From Bacteroidales bacterium (GTDB lineage: Bacteria; Bacteroidota; Bacteroidia; Bacteroidales; UBA3663), in assembly GCA_045627785.1 (NCBI GenBank), contig JAZQOF010000036.1:21171-85170 (forward strand): 64,000 bases of DNA. Direction: 5' to 3'. Below, piece by piece: positions 20,212-30,012 of the stretch. The translations under genes were made by a program, and so were the position numbers. The notes beneath the pieces are model-generated. The model saw only the letters and a program-made list of their open reading frames with translations, had not been told where the DNA came from and did not search any database. Each line of letters begins with the position of its first letter. The first letter of the stretch is position 1.

Positions 20212-20778
20212 ATGATATCAGAAACTTTACGCGCATTCGAAGATATTCATACACATGTTTCAGGCAATCCTAAAGCCATATGCTCGCTTCCTCCAAAAGA
20301 AGCGATTGAAATGTGTCGTAGCAATAGCAATCAGCCGTATTCTATTATGCTTCATCCTTGGTATATCGACCAAAAATTAATAGAAGAATTCGTTGAAGCT
20401 GTACAATTTTGCAAGGATGATCCCAACTTCATTGCTATTGGAGAATGTGGATTGGACAGTAACTGTGAGACTCCTATCGAACTACAACAGAAGGGATTTA
20501 TCGAAGCATTGACAACTGCAAGAAAATTGCATAAGCCTGTGATTGTGCATATTGTTAAGGCTTGGGACAGATTGTTCCAGCTTGTCGATCAATATGGAGA
20601 TGTGGAAAATGTTCCGGTAATAATACACGGATACAGAAAGAATGTGCAGATGGCACAGCAGCTTGTGGCGCGAGGTTACTACCTCTCGTTGGGGCAGAAA
20701 TACAATGTGGATGTGCCAAAAATGATTGCAAAAGACCGATTGTTCCATGAAACAGACTCGATAAATGGCGTTTTTTAA
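20212..20778 (+). CDS. TatD-family metal-dependent hydrolase (short form)
   Basis: Motifs DIHTH, AIGECGLD and VIVHIV...IIHGY, typical of TatD/amidohydrolase-fold proteins. Confidence 0.7.
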   Translation: MISETLRAFEDIHTHVSGNPKAICSLPPKEAIEMCRSNSNQPYSIMLHPWYIDQKLIEEFVEAVQFCKDDPNFIAIGECGLDSNCETPIELQQKGFIEALTTARKLHKPVIVHIVKAWDRLFQLVDQYGDVENVPVIIHGYRKNVQMAQQLVARGYYLSLGQKYNVDVPKMIAKDRLFHETDSINGVF

Positions 20779-20789
20779 TTAAAAACGAT

Positions 20790-20797
20790 TATCTTTG
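20790..20797 (+). promoter_or_regulatory. -7 box TATCTTTG upstream of rplS
   Basis: Perfect TAnnTTTG. It leaves a leader of about 155 nt before the rplS ATG. Confidence 0.5.
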
Positions 20798-20957
20798 CAC
20801 CCGCTTTCGGCCAAATTCGGCTTTACGGAAGAAATGAAGTAACGCTGGGCGTAGCACCAAAAAAGATATTGCCGCCTCTGATAGGGACGCTACCTATAAA
20901 TGCGACAGCATCAAAATTAACTTTCAAAATTAATCACAATTAAACAAATTTGTTATT

Positions 20958-21317
20958 ATGGCAGATTTAATGAAGATCGCTGAAGAGGCATTTGCAACAG
21001 GCAAGGAGCTTCCAGCATTCCAGAGCGGTGATACTATAACAGTATCTTACAAGATTAAGGAAGGTAACAAGGAGCGTATCCAGCAGTACCGTGGTGTGGT
21101 TATCCGCATCTCTGGTCACGGCACAAAGAAGCGCTTCACTGTACGCAAGATGTCTGACGGTGTTGGCGTTGAGCGTATTTTCCCTATGGAGTCACCATTC
21201 ATCGAGAAGGTAGAAATCAACAAGAACGGTCGTGTTCGTCGTGCTAAGTTGTACTATCTCCGTGCCCTCACTGGTAAGGCAGCTCGTATCCGTGACCGTA
21301 AGGTTAAGCAGGCTTAA
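20958..21317 (+). CDS. rplS: 50S ribosomal protein L19
   Basis: FQSGDTITVSYKIKEGNKERIQQYRGVVI...FTVRK...GVERIFP is the canonical L19 sequence. Confidence 0.97.
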   Translation: MADLMKIAEEAFATGKELPAFQSGDTITVSYKIKEGNKERIQQYRGVVIRISGHGTKKRFTVRKMSDGVGVERIFPMESPFIEKVEINKNGRVRRAKLYYLRALTGKAARIRDRKVKQA

Positions 21318-21350
21318 TTTCATCAGGAAATTACAACCAAACACTACATC

Positions 21351-21384
21351 GGTAGCTTCTTCTCACGAAGAGCTACCTTTTTTT
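21351..21384 (+). terminator. Rho-independent terminator of rplS
   Basis: GGTAGCTTCTTC / GAAGAGCTACC stem (one bulge), a 4-nt loop and a T7 run. Confidence 0.8.
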
Positions 21385-21442
21385 ATGCATTTTCTTTGAT
21401 TTGCTCATATAAATATTTATATTTGCGCGATAATAAGATACT

Positions 21443-23509
21443 ATGGAAAAGAAGAAACTTTCTCTACAGCAAATCATATATCGCATCTTATTCACGGTTG
21501 CTGCAATCGCTATCGTGTCTTATTTGTTCCCGCATGGCGATAGCTTTTACTATGAGTATGAGATAAACAAGCCTTGGAGATACGGTCGCCTTACTGCACC
21601 TTATGATTTCCCGATATATCGAAGCGATGCTGATATTCAGGAAATGGAAGACAGCCTTCATAGGCAGGTGACTCCTCGCTTTGTGCTCGACGTTGATGTA
21701 CAGAGAGAGGCAATGACCAATCTGAATAAAGTGCAGGATGTGCTTTCGCATGATGCGTTCCTCCGCCTGAAAAACACACTTCAGGAATGTTATGCCGTTG
21801 GTGTGATTAGCGATGCTGACAAACATTACCTTGACTCAACGTCCAGTAACATAGCTCAGGTAAGGGCGGATAACCGTTCGAAACCTGTAGATATTACGTC
21901 GATACTGAGCGAGAAGGATCTTTACATGAAGATCGTCAACGACAGTCTTTATTCCCGTCAGTATCAGAGAGCGAAGGTGCGCGACTATATTATGGTCAAT
22001 CTCGAACCCGACACGGCAGCAATGCACTATGAATATTCCCGTTTGCGCGAGGAAGTGTCGGCAACAACCGGCATTGTGTTGATGGATAGCCGAATTGTGG
22101 ATCAGGGCGAGATTGTGAATGAAGAGATTGCCGAGAAGCTTGATTCGTACCGTAAGGAACACGAACTGCGCCGAGACACGACAAGTGACGATACGCTAAT
22201 GCTTGTGGGACGTGTCTTGCTTGTATCTCTTATCCTGTGCAGCATCTACCTTTTCTTCTTTCTGTATCGTCCTTGGGTATTCTACAACCAGAATGAAGCT
22301 CTTGTGGCTGTGGGCAGTGTGACATTCATGACTGTGCTGACAGCTCTTGCCCGCAATGAGATATCTTCGGGAGTTTGGCTTGTGCCGATAGGCATCACAA
22401 CAATAGTCATAGCTACTTTCCATGGATCGCGTTCTGCCTTTTTCTGTCACATTGCGATGACTCTGCTTTGTTCGTTCATGGTACAGTCGAATGTCGAATA
22501 CCTTGTTGTTCAGAGTGTCATCGGTATGATAATCATCTTTAACCTTACCGATGGTTTGACGGAGAGAAGTCAGCTGCTTAGGGTGAGCGTTCTCACAGGA
22601 ATATCATACATCGGTCTTTACTACCTGTATCTTCTAGCAAGTGAGGGAACACTTGCCAATGTGTCGGTAAGGACTATCTTGATGATGGTCGGTAATGCAC
22701 TTCTGCTCCTGATGTCATATATCATCATCTATGTGTTGGAGAAGATATTCCACTTTGTGAGTGGTGTGACATTGGTCGAACTCTGTAATCTGAATAAGGG
22801 TTTGCTTGACAGGCTTTCTCGTGAGGCTCCAGGAACATTCGAACACTCATTGCATGTGAGCAATATCGCAGCCAATGCAGCTAAGGCAATTAAGGCACAG
22901 GCTCAGCTTGTTCGTACAGGTGCGCTCTATCACGATATCGGTAAGCTTTGGAATCCTGTATATTACACAGAGAACCAGATGGGTGCAAATCCGCACGACT
23001 CTCTTTCGATTGAAGAAAGTGTGACAATAATAAAGAAACATGTCTCAGAGGGACTGGCTTTGGCAGAGAAAGCAAAACTTCCGCCTGAGATTATGGCGTT
23101 TATCACTACGCATCACGGGCATGGCTTGATAAAGTATTTCTACAACACTTGGTGCAATCAGCATCCGAATGATGAGCCGGATGTGGAATTCTTCTCATAT
23201 TCGGGTGAAGATCCAAAGACAAGAGAACAGGCTATCCTGATGTTGGCCGATGGTGTGGAAGCTGCAAGCAAGAGTCTGAAAGAGACGACAGAGGAAACGA
23301 TAACAGATATCGTAACAAAGATTATTTCCGGCATTGTCGCAAGCGGACGTTTGAACAACTCGAAGATCACTCTTCAGGAGATAAATATTGTGAAGCAGAG
23401 TTTTATCAAGGATCTGATGGGAATATACCATTCCAGAATCGCTTATCCGGAACTCTATAAGAAGATAGATGACAAGACTCAGCTGAAGATTGATTTCAAT
23501 ACGAAATAA
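21443..23509 (+). CDS. 7TM-receptor HD/HDIG-domain phosphohydrolase (PgpH-like)
   Basis: N-terminal extracellular domain, 7 TM helices, an HD domain (HSLHVSNIA...ALYHDIGK...HHG) and 688 aa. Confidence 0.85.
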   Translation: MEKKKLSLQQIIYRILFTVAAIAIVSYLFPHGDSFYYEYEINKPWRYGRLTAPYDFPIYRSDADIQEMEDSLHRQVTPRFVLDVDVQREAMTNLNKVQDVLSHDAFLRLKNTLQECYAVGVISDADKHYLDSTSSNIAQVRADNRSKPVDITSILSEKDLYMKIVNDSLYSRQYQRAKVRDYIMVNLEPDTAAMHYEYSRLREEVSATTGIVLMDSRIVDQGEIVNEEIAEKLDSYRKEHELRRDTTSDDTLMLVGRVLLVSLILCSIYLFFFLYRPWVFYNQNEALVAVGSVTFMTVLTALARNEISSGVWLVPIGITTIVIATFHGSRSAFFCHIAMTLLCSFMVQSNVEYLVVQSVIGMIIIFNLTDGLTERSQLLRVSVLTGISYIGLYYLYLLASEGTLANVSVRTILMMVGNALLLLMSYIIIYVLEKIFHFVSGVTLVELCNLNKGLLDRLSREAPGTFEHSLHVSNIAANAAKAIKAQAQLVRTGALYHDIGKLWNPVYYTENQMGANPHDSLSIEESVTIIKKHVSEGLALAEKAKLPPEIMAFITTHHGHGLIKYFYNTWCNQHPNDEPDVEFFSYSGEDPKTREQAILMLADGVEAASKSLKETTEETITDIVTKIISGIVASGRLNNSKITLQEINIVKQSFIKDLMGIYHSRIAYPELYKKIDDKTQLKIDFNTK

Positions 23510-23529
23510 ACAAATTACCTTTTATTAAT

Positions 23530-24477
23530 ATGAGATACACAGAAATTGGAAAAACAGGTCTGAAGGTTTCGAATATCAGCTTCGGAGCATCTTCGCTTGG
23601 CAGTGTCTTTCACGAGACAAAGGAAGCTGAGAGTATCAAGGCAACAGAAACGGCTATCGAAGGTGGTATAAACTTCATTGATGTGTCGCCATACTATGGA
23701 CATTATAAGGCTGAGACTGTATTGGGCAAGGCTCTCAAGATTATCCCTCGCAATAAGTATTATCTCAGCACTAAGGTGGGTCGTTATGGTAAGGATGGCG
23801 TGAATACTTGGGACTATTCGGCAAAGCGTGTTACGGATAGTGTGTATGAGAGTATGGAACGCCTCAATGTTGACTATATCGATATTATCAACGTGCACGA
23901 TATCGAATTCCAGGCTGCATTGCCTGGAGGACTGCAGAAGGTGGTCGATGAGACATTGCCTGCACTTGTAGCTCTGCGTGAGAAAGGCGTAGTGGGACAT
24001 GTCGGTATCACAGATCTTCAGCTTGAGAATCTAAAATGGGTGATCGACCATTGCCCGGAAGGAACAGTCGAAAGCGTTTTGAATTTCTGTCATTACTGTT
24101 TGAATGACGATAAACTCACAGACTTCCTCGATTATTTCGAGAGTAAGAATATCGGTGTAATCAATGCATCTCCACTTTCTATGGGCTTGCTTTCTTCACG
24201 AGGTGCGCCTGATTGGCATCCAGCCCCAAAGGCGTTGGCAGAAGCTTGTACAAAGGCAGCTCAGTATTGCTCGGAACAGAATTATCCTATAGAGAAGCTT
24301 GCGGTTCAATATTCGGTGAGCAACCCTCGTATTGCCAGCACTTTGTTCTCGTCGGCCAATCCTGTAAATGTGCAGCGTAATATCGATTGGGCTAACGAAG
24401 AGCCTGATTGGGATCTCATTAAGAAGGTTCAGGAGATTATTGGAGATCAGAAACGTGTTTCCTGGAGTAACACATAA
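23530..24477 (+). CDS. Aldo/keto reductase (candidate L-galactose/L-fucose 1-dehydrogenase)
   Basis: AKR fold motifs (GASSLG, INFIDVSPYYG, ...HDIEF) and clustering with the lactonase and Zn-ADH genes. Confidence 0.75.
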   Translation: MRYTEIGKTGLKVSNISFGASSLGSVFHETKEAESIKATETAIEGGINFIDVSPYYGHYKAETVLGKALKIIPRNKYYLSTKVGRYGKDGVNTWDYSAKRVTDSVYESMERLNVDYIDIINVHDIEFQAALPGGLQKVVDETLPALVALREKGVVGHVGITDLQLENLKWVIDHCPEGTVESVLNFCHYCLNDDKLTDFLDYFESKNIGVINASPLSMGLLSSRGAPDWHPAPKALAEACTKAAQYCSEQNYPIEKLAVQYSVSNPRIASTLFSSANPVNVQRNIDWANEEPDWDLIKKVQEIIGDQKRVSWSNT

Positions 24478-24503
24478 GAATTAAAAGAAAAAAAATAAAT
24501 AGG

Positions 24504-25418
24504 GTGAAAATCATTGATGCCCACTCTCATTTGTGGCTGAAACAAGATACAAAGATCGACGGCAAGGTAATCCGTTCGCTTAAGAATGGTAGAAGCATTT
24601 TCTTCGATCAGGAAGTGCAGATGATACCTCCGTTTATGATCGACGGAGTGAATTCGGCTGAAGTATTCCTGTCGAATATGAACTATGCGCAGGTCGGCGC
24701 TGCTGTGGTAGTTCAGGAAATCATCGACGGAAACCAGAACGAATATCTCCTCGATGTTCAGAAGCGTTTCCCGGATCGTTTCTTTTGTATGGGAATGGTC
24801 GATTTCAAAGATAATGACTTTTCGACCGATAACCTCTTAATACAAGTTGCCGCGCTACATGCTCAAGGATTCAAGGGTATAGCTATTCCAGGTCATCGCA
24901 TTAAGGGTTCTTTGCTCAAGGCAATGCCGATGTTCAAGTTCATGGAAGAAAACGGCATGATTCTCTCGATGTGTCTGGCTGAGGATGATAAGCAGATTGC
25001 AGAGATGGCAGAGGTGATCAGGGAGTGCCAAAACTTGAAAGTCGCAATTGGGCATTTCGGAATGGTGACTACCCCGTTCTTTCAGTCTCAGGTAAAGCTT
25101 GCCGCACTTGGACCGAATGTAATGGTAGAGTCGGGTGGAATCACATGGCTCTATAACTCGGAGTTCTATCCTTATCCATCGGCAATAAAGAGCATACGGG
25201 AGGCTGCTGATCTCGTAGGTATGGATCGTCTGATGTGGGGTTCTGACTATCCACGTACAATTACTGCCATCACTTATAAGATGAGCTACGACTTTGTACT
25301 GAAGTCAGACGAACTCACTCATGAAGAGAAAGCACTTTTCCTCGGTGAGAATGCAATGCAGTTCTACGGATTCAAAGAACTGCCGGAATTGCCGTATATA
25401 AAAAATATGTCTGAATAA
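24504..25418 (+). CDS. Amidohydrolase-2 family (COG3618-like sugar lactonase candidate)
   Basis: GTG start, IIDAHSHLW metal-binding motif, ...GHFG... and WGSDYP. Confidence 0.75.
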   Translation: MKIIDAHSHLWLKQDTKIDGKVIRSLKNGRSIFFDQEVQMIPPFMIDGVNSAEVFLSNMNYAQVGAAVVVQEIIDGNQNEYLLDVQKRFPDRFFCMGMVDFKDNDFSTDNLLIQVAALHAQGFKGIAIPGHRIKGSLLKAMPMFKFMEENGMILSMCLAEDDKQIAEMAEVIRECQNLKVAIGHFGMVTTPFFQSQVKLAALGPNVMVESGGITWLYNSEFYPYPSAIKSIREAADLVGMDRLMWGSDYPRTITAITYKMSYDFVLKSDELTHEEKALFLGENAMQFYGFKELPELPYIKNMSE

Positions 25419-25454
25419 AAAGAAGGGTTACACCCTTTGTTATACTTTATAAAA

Positions 25455-26471
25455 ATGAAAGCGATACAGATATCACATAATCAGGAACTCAATATCATTG
25501 ATGTTGAAAAACCTGTAGTAGGAGCAGGAGAAGTCTTGCTGAAGATGGAATATGTCGGATTCTGCGGATCTGATATCAATACATTCATGGGTCGCAACAC
25601 AATGGCACTCAATCCGGTGATTCCAGGTCATGAGATAGGTGCGACTATTGTAGAGACAGGAACTGGTGTTCCGGAGAATCTTAAGCCAGGAATGGTTGTT
25701 ACATGCAACCCATATACCAATTGCGGAAATTGTGCCTCGTGCCGTAACGGTCGGGTAAATGCTTGTCAGCACAACGAGACTCTTGGCGTACAGCGCAATG
25801 GCGCAATGAAGGAATACATCACTATTCCTTGGCAGAAGGTTATACCTGCAGGTACGCTTGACGCGAAGACTACTGCTATTGTAGAACCTATGTCGGTAGG
25901 TTTCCATGCAGTAAATCGTGCACAGGTAACAGATATCGATATCGTTATGGTTATCGGTTGTGGTATGGTCGGCTTAGGTGCTGTGGTTCGTGCGTCTTTG
26001 CGTGGCGCTACTGTAATAGCTGCAGATATCGACGACGAGAAACTTGAACTTGCAAAGCGACTTGGTGCAAAATATGTAATCAACACAAAGACACAGGATG
26101 CGCATGAACGTCTTGCAGAATTGACTAACGGCTTCGGTCCGGATGTCGTTATCGAGGCTGTGGGAAGTGTCCCTACATATCAGATGGCTGTCAGCGAAGT
26201 GGCTTTCACAGGTCGTGTGGTATGTATAGGCTATGCTAAGTCGGAGGTTAGTTTCCAGACTAAATATTTCGTTCAGAAAGAATTGGATATCCGAGGTTCA
26301 CGTAATGCAATGCCGGATGATTTCCGTGCTGTGATCAATTATCTCGAACGAGGAACTTGTCCTACAGAAGAGCTTATCACAAAGGTCATCAAGCCGGAAG
26401 AGGCACTCGACACAATGCGTTGGTGGAGTGAGAATCCAGGCAAGGTGTTCCGTATTCTGGTAGAATTCTGA
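25455..26471 (+). CDS. Zinc-dependent medium-chain alcohol/sugar-acid dehydrogenase
   Basis: GFCGSD...GHE catalytic Zn motif, a CxxCxxCxxxxxxxC structural Zn site and a GCGMVGL Rossmann motif. The start is moved to ATG 25455 (MKAIQ). Confidence 0.85.
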   Translation: MKAIQISHNQELNIIDVEKPVVGAGEVLLKMEYVGFCGSDINTFMGRNTMALNPVIPGHEIGATIVETGTGVPENLKPGMVVTCNPYTNCGNCASCRNGRVNACQHNETLGVQRNGAMKEYITIPWQKVIPAGTLDAKTTAIVEPMSVGFHAVNRAQVTDIDIVMVIGCGMVGLGAVVRASLRGATVIAADIDDEKLELAKRLGAKYVINTKTQDAHERLAELTNGFGPDVVIEAVGSVPTYQMAVSEVAFTGRVVCIGYAKSEVSFQTKYFVQKELDIRGSRNAMPDDFRAVINYLERGTCPTEELITKVIKPEEALDTMRWWSENPGKVFRILVEF

Positions 26472-26614
26472 CAATAAGGAACAGAACTTATTTTAAGGCT
26501 CATATTGTTCTTTCCTTGCCATCTTTTGTTATTCATATTTAATAAAATATAGGACGTACCGCACAAAGTTTTTCTAAAATATATATTTTTCTTTATAATT
26601 AGAAAAAATCTGCC

Positions 26615-26622
26615 TATATTTG
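26615..26622 (+). promoter_or_regulatory. -7 box TATATTTG for gpmI
   Basis: Perfect TAnnTTTG, 60 nt upstream of the ATG. Confidence 0.55.
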
Positions 26623-26682
26623 CGTGTTAAATATAATCCGACTTAAATCGGTAAGTTGAAATCAATTAAAAATTAAAATAAT

Positions 26683-28209
26683 ATGTCAAAGAAAGCACTT
26701 TTGCTCATCCTCGATGGTTGGGGATGTGGCGACGGATCAAAGTCAGATGTAATCGCATCAACTCCAACTCCATATTGGGATTCTCTTCTCGCTAACTATC
26801 CTCATTCAAAGCTCCGCACAGACGGTCTTAATGTAGGTCTTCCAGAAGGTCAGATGGGTAACTCAGAGGTAGGTCACATGAATATCGGTGGCGGCCGTAT
26901 CGTTTACCAGGATCTCGTAAAGATCAACATGGCTTGCGAGGATGGTTCTATTGCTAAGAATCCAGAAATCGTAGGAGCATTTGAGAATGCAAAGAAGGGC
27001 GGTTCAATCCATTTCATGGGTCTTACTTCAACTGGTGGTGTTCACTCTTCGCTTGCTCACCTTTTGAAGCTTGTTGACCTCGCTAAGGCTTATGGTCTTG
27101 AAGGTCGCACATTCCTCCACTGCTTTATGGATGGTCGTGACACAGATCCACGTTCTGGTAAGGGCTTTATCGAGACAGTTGCCAATCACTGTAAGGAAGT
27201 TGGCTGCGGTGAGATCGCATCTATCACAGGTCGTTTCTATGCAATGGACCGTGATAAGCGTTGGGATCGTATCAAGAAGGCTTACGATCAGCTCACTGCT
27301 GGCGTTGGTTCGCAGTATGCTTGCCCGGTTCAGGCTATGCAGGATAGCTACGATGCAGGTGTAACTGATGAGTTCGTTGAGCCATGTGTACTTGCTAAGG
27401 ACGGTAAGGCTGTTGGTACAATCCAGCCAAACGATACAGTTATCTTCTTCAACTATCGTAACGACCGTGCAAAGGAAATCACTTCTGTACTCACACAGGA
27501 GGATATGCCAGCAGAGGGTATGAAGACATTGCCACTCTACTACTGCACAATGACTCCATACGATGCTAAGTTCACAGGTCTTCACATCCTTTTCCCTAAA
27601 GAGAATGTTGAGAAGACACTTGGTGAGATCGTTTCTCTCAATGGAAAGAAGCAGCTCCGTATTGCAGAGACAGAGAAGTATGCTCACGTAACATTCTTCT
27701 TCAACGGCGGTCGTGAGGCAGAGTATGAGGGAGAGAGCCGTTGCCTCGTTCCTTCTCCAAAGGTTGCAACATACGATCTTCAGCCTGAGATGAGCGCGCT
27801 CATCGTAAAGGATAAGCTCGTTGAGGCAATCAAGTCTGAGCAGTACGATTTCATCGCATGTAACTTCGCTAATGGTGATATGGTAGGTCACACAGGTATC
27901 TATCCAGCAATCGAGAAGGCTGTTAAGACTATCGATATCTGCTGTCATGATGTTTGTGAGGCTGCTAAGGAATGTGACTATGAGGTAATCATCATCGCAG
28001 ACCACGGTAACGCAGACTTCGCAATCAATGCTGATGGCACTCCAAATACAGCACACTCACTCAACGCCGTTCCTTGTGTTTATATCAGCAAGAACGCAGG
28101 TGCTAAGGTAGCTGATGGTAAGCTTTGTGACGTTGCTCCAACTATCCTTTCTATCATGGGTCTTGAGCAGCCAAAGGAGATGACAGGTGTTAACCTTGTA
28201 ACTCTCTGA
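26683..28209 (+). CDS. gpmI: 2,3-bisphosphoglycerate-independent phosphoglycerate mutase
   Basis: [22 protein letters not shown], ...ADHGNA and 508 aa. Confidence 0.96.
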   Translation: MSKKALLLILDGWGCGDGSKSDVIASTPTPYWDSLLANYPHSKLRTDGLNVGLPEGQMGNSEVGHMNIGGGRIVYQDLVKINMACEDGSIAKNPEIVGAFENAKKGGSIHFMGLTSTGGVHSSLAHLLKLVDLAKAYGLEGRTFLHCFMDGRDTDPRSGKGFIETVANHCKEVGCGEIASITGRFYAMDRDKRWDRIKKAYDQLTAGVGSQYACPVQAMQDSYDAGVTDEFVEPCVLAKDGKAVGTIQPNDTVIFFNYRNDRAKEITSVLTQEDMPAEGMKTLPLYYCTMTPYDAKFTGLHILFPKENVEKTLGEIVSLNGKKQLRIAETEKYAHVTFFFNGGREAEYEGESRCLVPSPKVATYDLQPEMSALIVKDKLVEAIKSEQYDFIACNFANGDMVGHTGIYPAIEKAVKTIDICCHDVCEAAKECDYEVIIIADHGNADFAINADGTPNTAHSLNAVPCVYISKNAGAKVADGKLCDVAPTILSIMGLEQPKEMTGVNLVTL

Positions 28210-28234
28210 TGCTATAAATTGTAATTATTAAACG

Positions 28235-29110
28235 ATGGACAAGATTATTACCGAAATCACTCCGCTTGAGGAAAAAGACTGTTTTTATCTCGTTGACCGA
28301 AATAAGGACGGCTTTACATATCCATTGCACAAACATGAAGAAATTGAACTTAATTTCGTCGAAAACTGCAGTGGCGCACGTCGTATTGTCGGAGATTCAA
28401 TTGAGGTGCTTGGTCAGTATGACCTCGCGCTTGTAGGTAGTAATCTTGAACATACTTGGGAACAGAATATCTGTGACTCTCTTAAGGTAAGAGAGATTAC
28501 AATACAGTTTGATCCGAATCTTTTTGGCGACACGCTGCTAAGCAAGAGCCAGATGCGTTCTATTCAGCAATTGCTCGACAATGCAAAGAATGGTGTAGCG
28601 TTTGGCATGTCGGCAATTATGAAGATTTATTCGCGTCTTGAGGAAATAACAGAGACACAGCCTGGATTCTATCGAGTAATCAAGTTGCTGGAGATTCTCT
28701 ATGAGTTGTCAATGGACGATGATTTCCATAAGCTTGCCAGCAGTTCATTCGCTAATGTTTCGGTCAGCACTGAAAGCAGACGAGTCAGAAAAGTCGAGGA
28801 ATACATTGATCTGAACTACAAACAGGAGGTGAGACTTCAGACTCTTTCTGATTTAGCAGGAATGACAGCATCTGCTTTCAGCCGTTTCTTCAAACTGCGT
28901 ACGGGAAAGACTGTTCAGGAATATATCATTGATGTGCGAATCGGACATGCTGCACGACAGCTAGTCGATACATCGAAGTCTATTGCAGAGATCTGTATTG
29001 ATTGTGGATTCAACAATATCAGTAACTTCAACCGAATCTTCAAGAAGAAGAAAGGTTGCTCGCCATCGCTATTCCGAGACAATTACTATAAAAATAAGGT
29101 GATCGTTTGA
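28235..29110 (+). CDS. AraC-family transcriptional regulator (cupin N-terminal domain)
   Basis: Cupin-like N-terminus and a C-terminal double HTH (LSDLAGMTASAFSRFFK...IAEICIDCGFNNISNFNRIFKK). Confidence 0.88.
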   Translation: MDKIITEITPLEEKDCFYLVDRNKDGFTYPLHKHEEIELNFVENCSGARRIVGDSIEVLGQYDLALVGSNLEHTWEQNICDSLKVREITIQFDPNLFGDTLLSKSQMRSIQQLLDNAKNGVAFGMSAIMKIYSRLEEITETQPGFYRVIKLLEILYELSMDDDFHKLASSSFANVSVSTESRRVRKVEEYIDLNYKQEVRLQTLSDLAGMTASAFSRFFKLRTGKTVQEYIIDVRIGHAARQLVDTSKSIAEICIDCGFNNISNFNRIFKKKKGCSPSLFRDNYYKNKVIV

Positions 29111-29123
29111 CGATCACCTTATT
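29093..29123. terminator. Bidirectional hairpin between convergent genes
   Basis: Perfect 13-bp inverted repeat AATAAGGTGATCG-TTTGA-CGATCACCTTATT. The AraC stop codon lies in the loop, and T-rich sequence follows. Confidence 0.65.
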
Positions 29124-29165
29124 TCTTTTATTACCATTAACTAACTTAACTTTGAGTATCCGTTT

Positions 29166-29864
29166 TTAGCGGCGTCCTACGCTTGCGCTTCTTGTTCCAC
29201 CTCCAATGTTGTTGTTGACCTGAGCACGAGTGTTACCAACTCGAGTATTGCCAGTGCGATTGTTGCCGCCTTTGTTCATTGCAACATTGCTGTTGTTACG
29301 GTTGTTGCTGTGGTTTACATTATTGTTTTTGTTAGGTGCAACATTTCCATTCTTATGAGGAGCTGGAGTTACGTGAGCGTTGTTGTGTGGAACAGGCTTT
29401 GATTCTTTGCGATAGTGATCAACGCGAGCCATGTAGTGGTTCTTGTTATGTGCGTGTCCGCCATCGTAGTGACGATAACCAGCAGGTGCGCTGTAGTAGA
29501 AGTGGTTGTGTGCATAGTGATTGTGTACACCAATTACCCAAGCGCTGTTGACTACATGTACAGGAGTGAAGAAGTACTCGATGCTCTTGTAACGGATCCA
29601 CTGAGATGGAGTGAGTACATACTGGATCTCCTGATTACGCATCTCATAAGCAAAGATATTGTTGTCATATACGCTTGCGAGAGAGCGGAAATAGTCGTAG
29701 TTGATCTCGTAGATGTCTTCGATCTGATAAGTGTTGAGGTTGAGCTCCCAAGCCATCTTGTCTGTGAGGAAGCGTGCTTCACGGCTTGAGCGAGATACGC
29801 TCATTGCATTTACGTTAACTACTGCAACTGCTGCGAGAACGAGTGTGATAAAGAACTTCTTCAT
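29166..29864 (-). CDS. Secreted hypothetical protein with a His/Asn-rich low-complexity C-terminus
   Basis: Signal peptide MKKFFITLVLAAVAVVNVNA, and a C-terminal half rich in H, N and Y (HNHYAHNHFYY...NKNNNVNHSNNRNNSN). Confidence 0.6.
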   Translation of the reverse strand: MKKFFITLVLAAVAVVNVNAMSVSRSSREARFLTDKMAWELNLNTYQIEDIYEINYDYFRSLASVYDNNIFAYEMRNQEIQYVLTPSQWIRYKSIEYFFTPVHVVNSAWVIGVHNHYAHNHFYYSAPAGYRHYDGGHAHNKNHYMARVDHYRKESKPVPHNNAHVTPAPHKNGNVAPNKNNNVNHSNNRNNSNVAMNKGGNNRTGNTRVGNTRAQVNNNIGGGTRSASVGRR

Positions 29865-30012
29865 AGTCGTATTGTATTAGATGTTAGTAAATAATCTTTT
29901 GTCTAAGTCTGGGATTCGGTTGTTCCTTCATCCCGTTCTTTGCCTTTTAGACTATGAAGTATGATTGTGGTTTAGGGGGTATGCCGACTTCTCAATCAAT
30001 TGGAGAAAAGTC

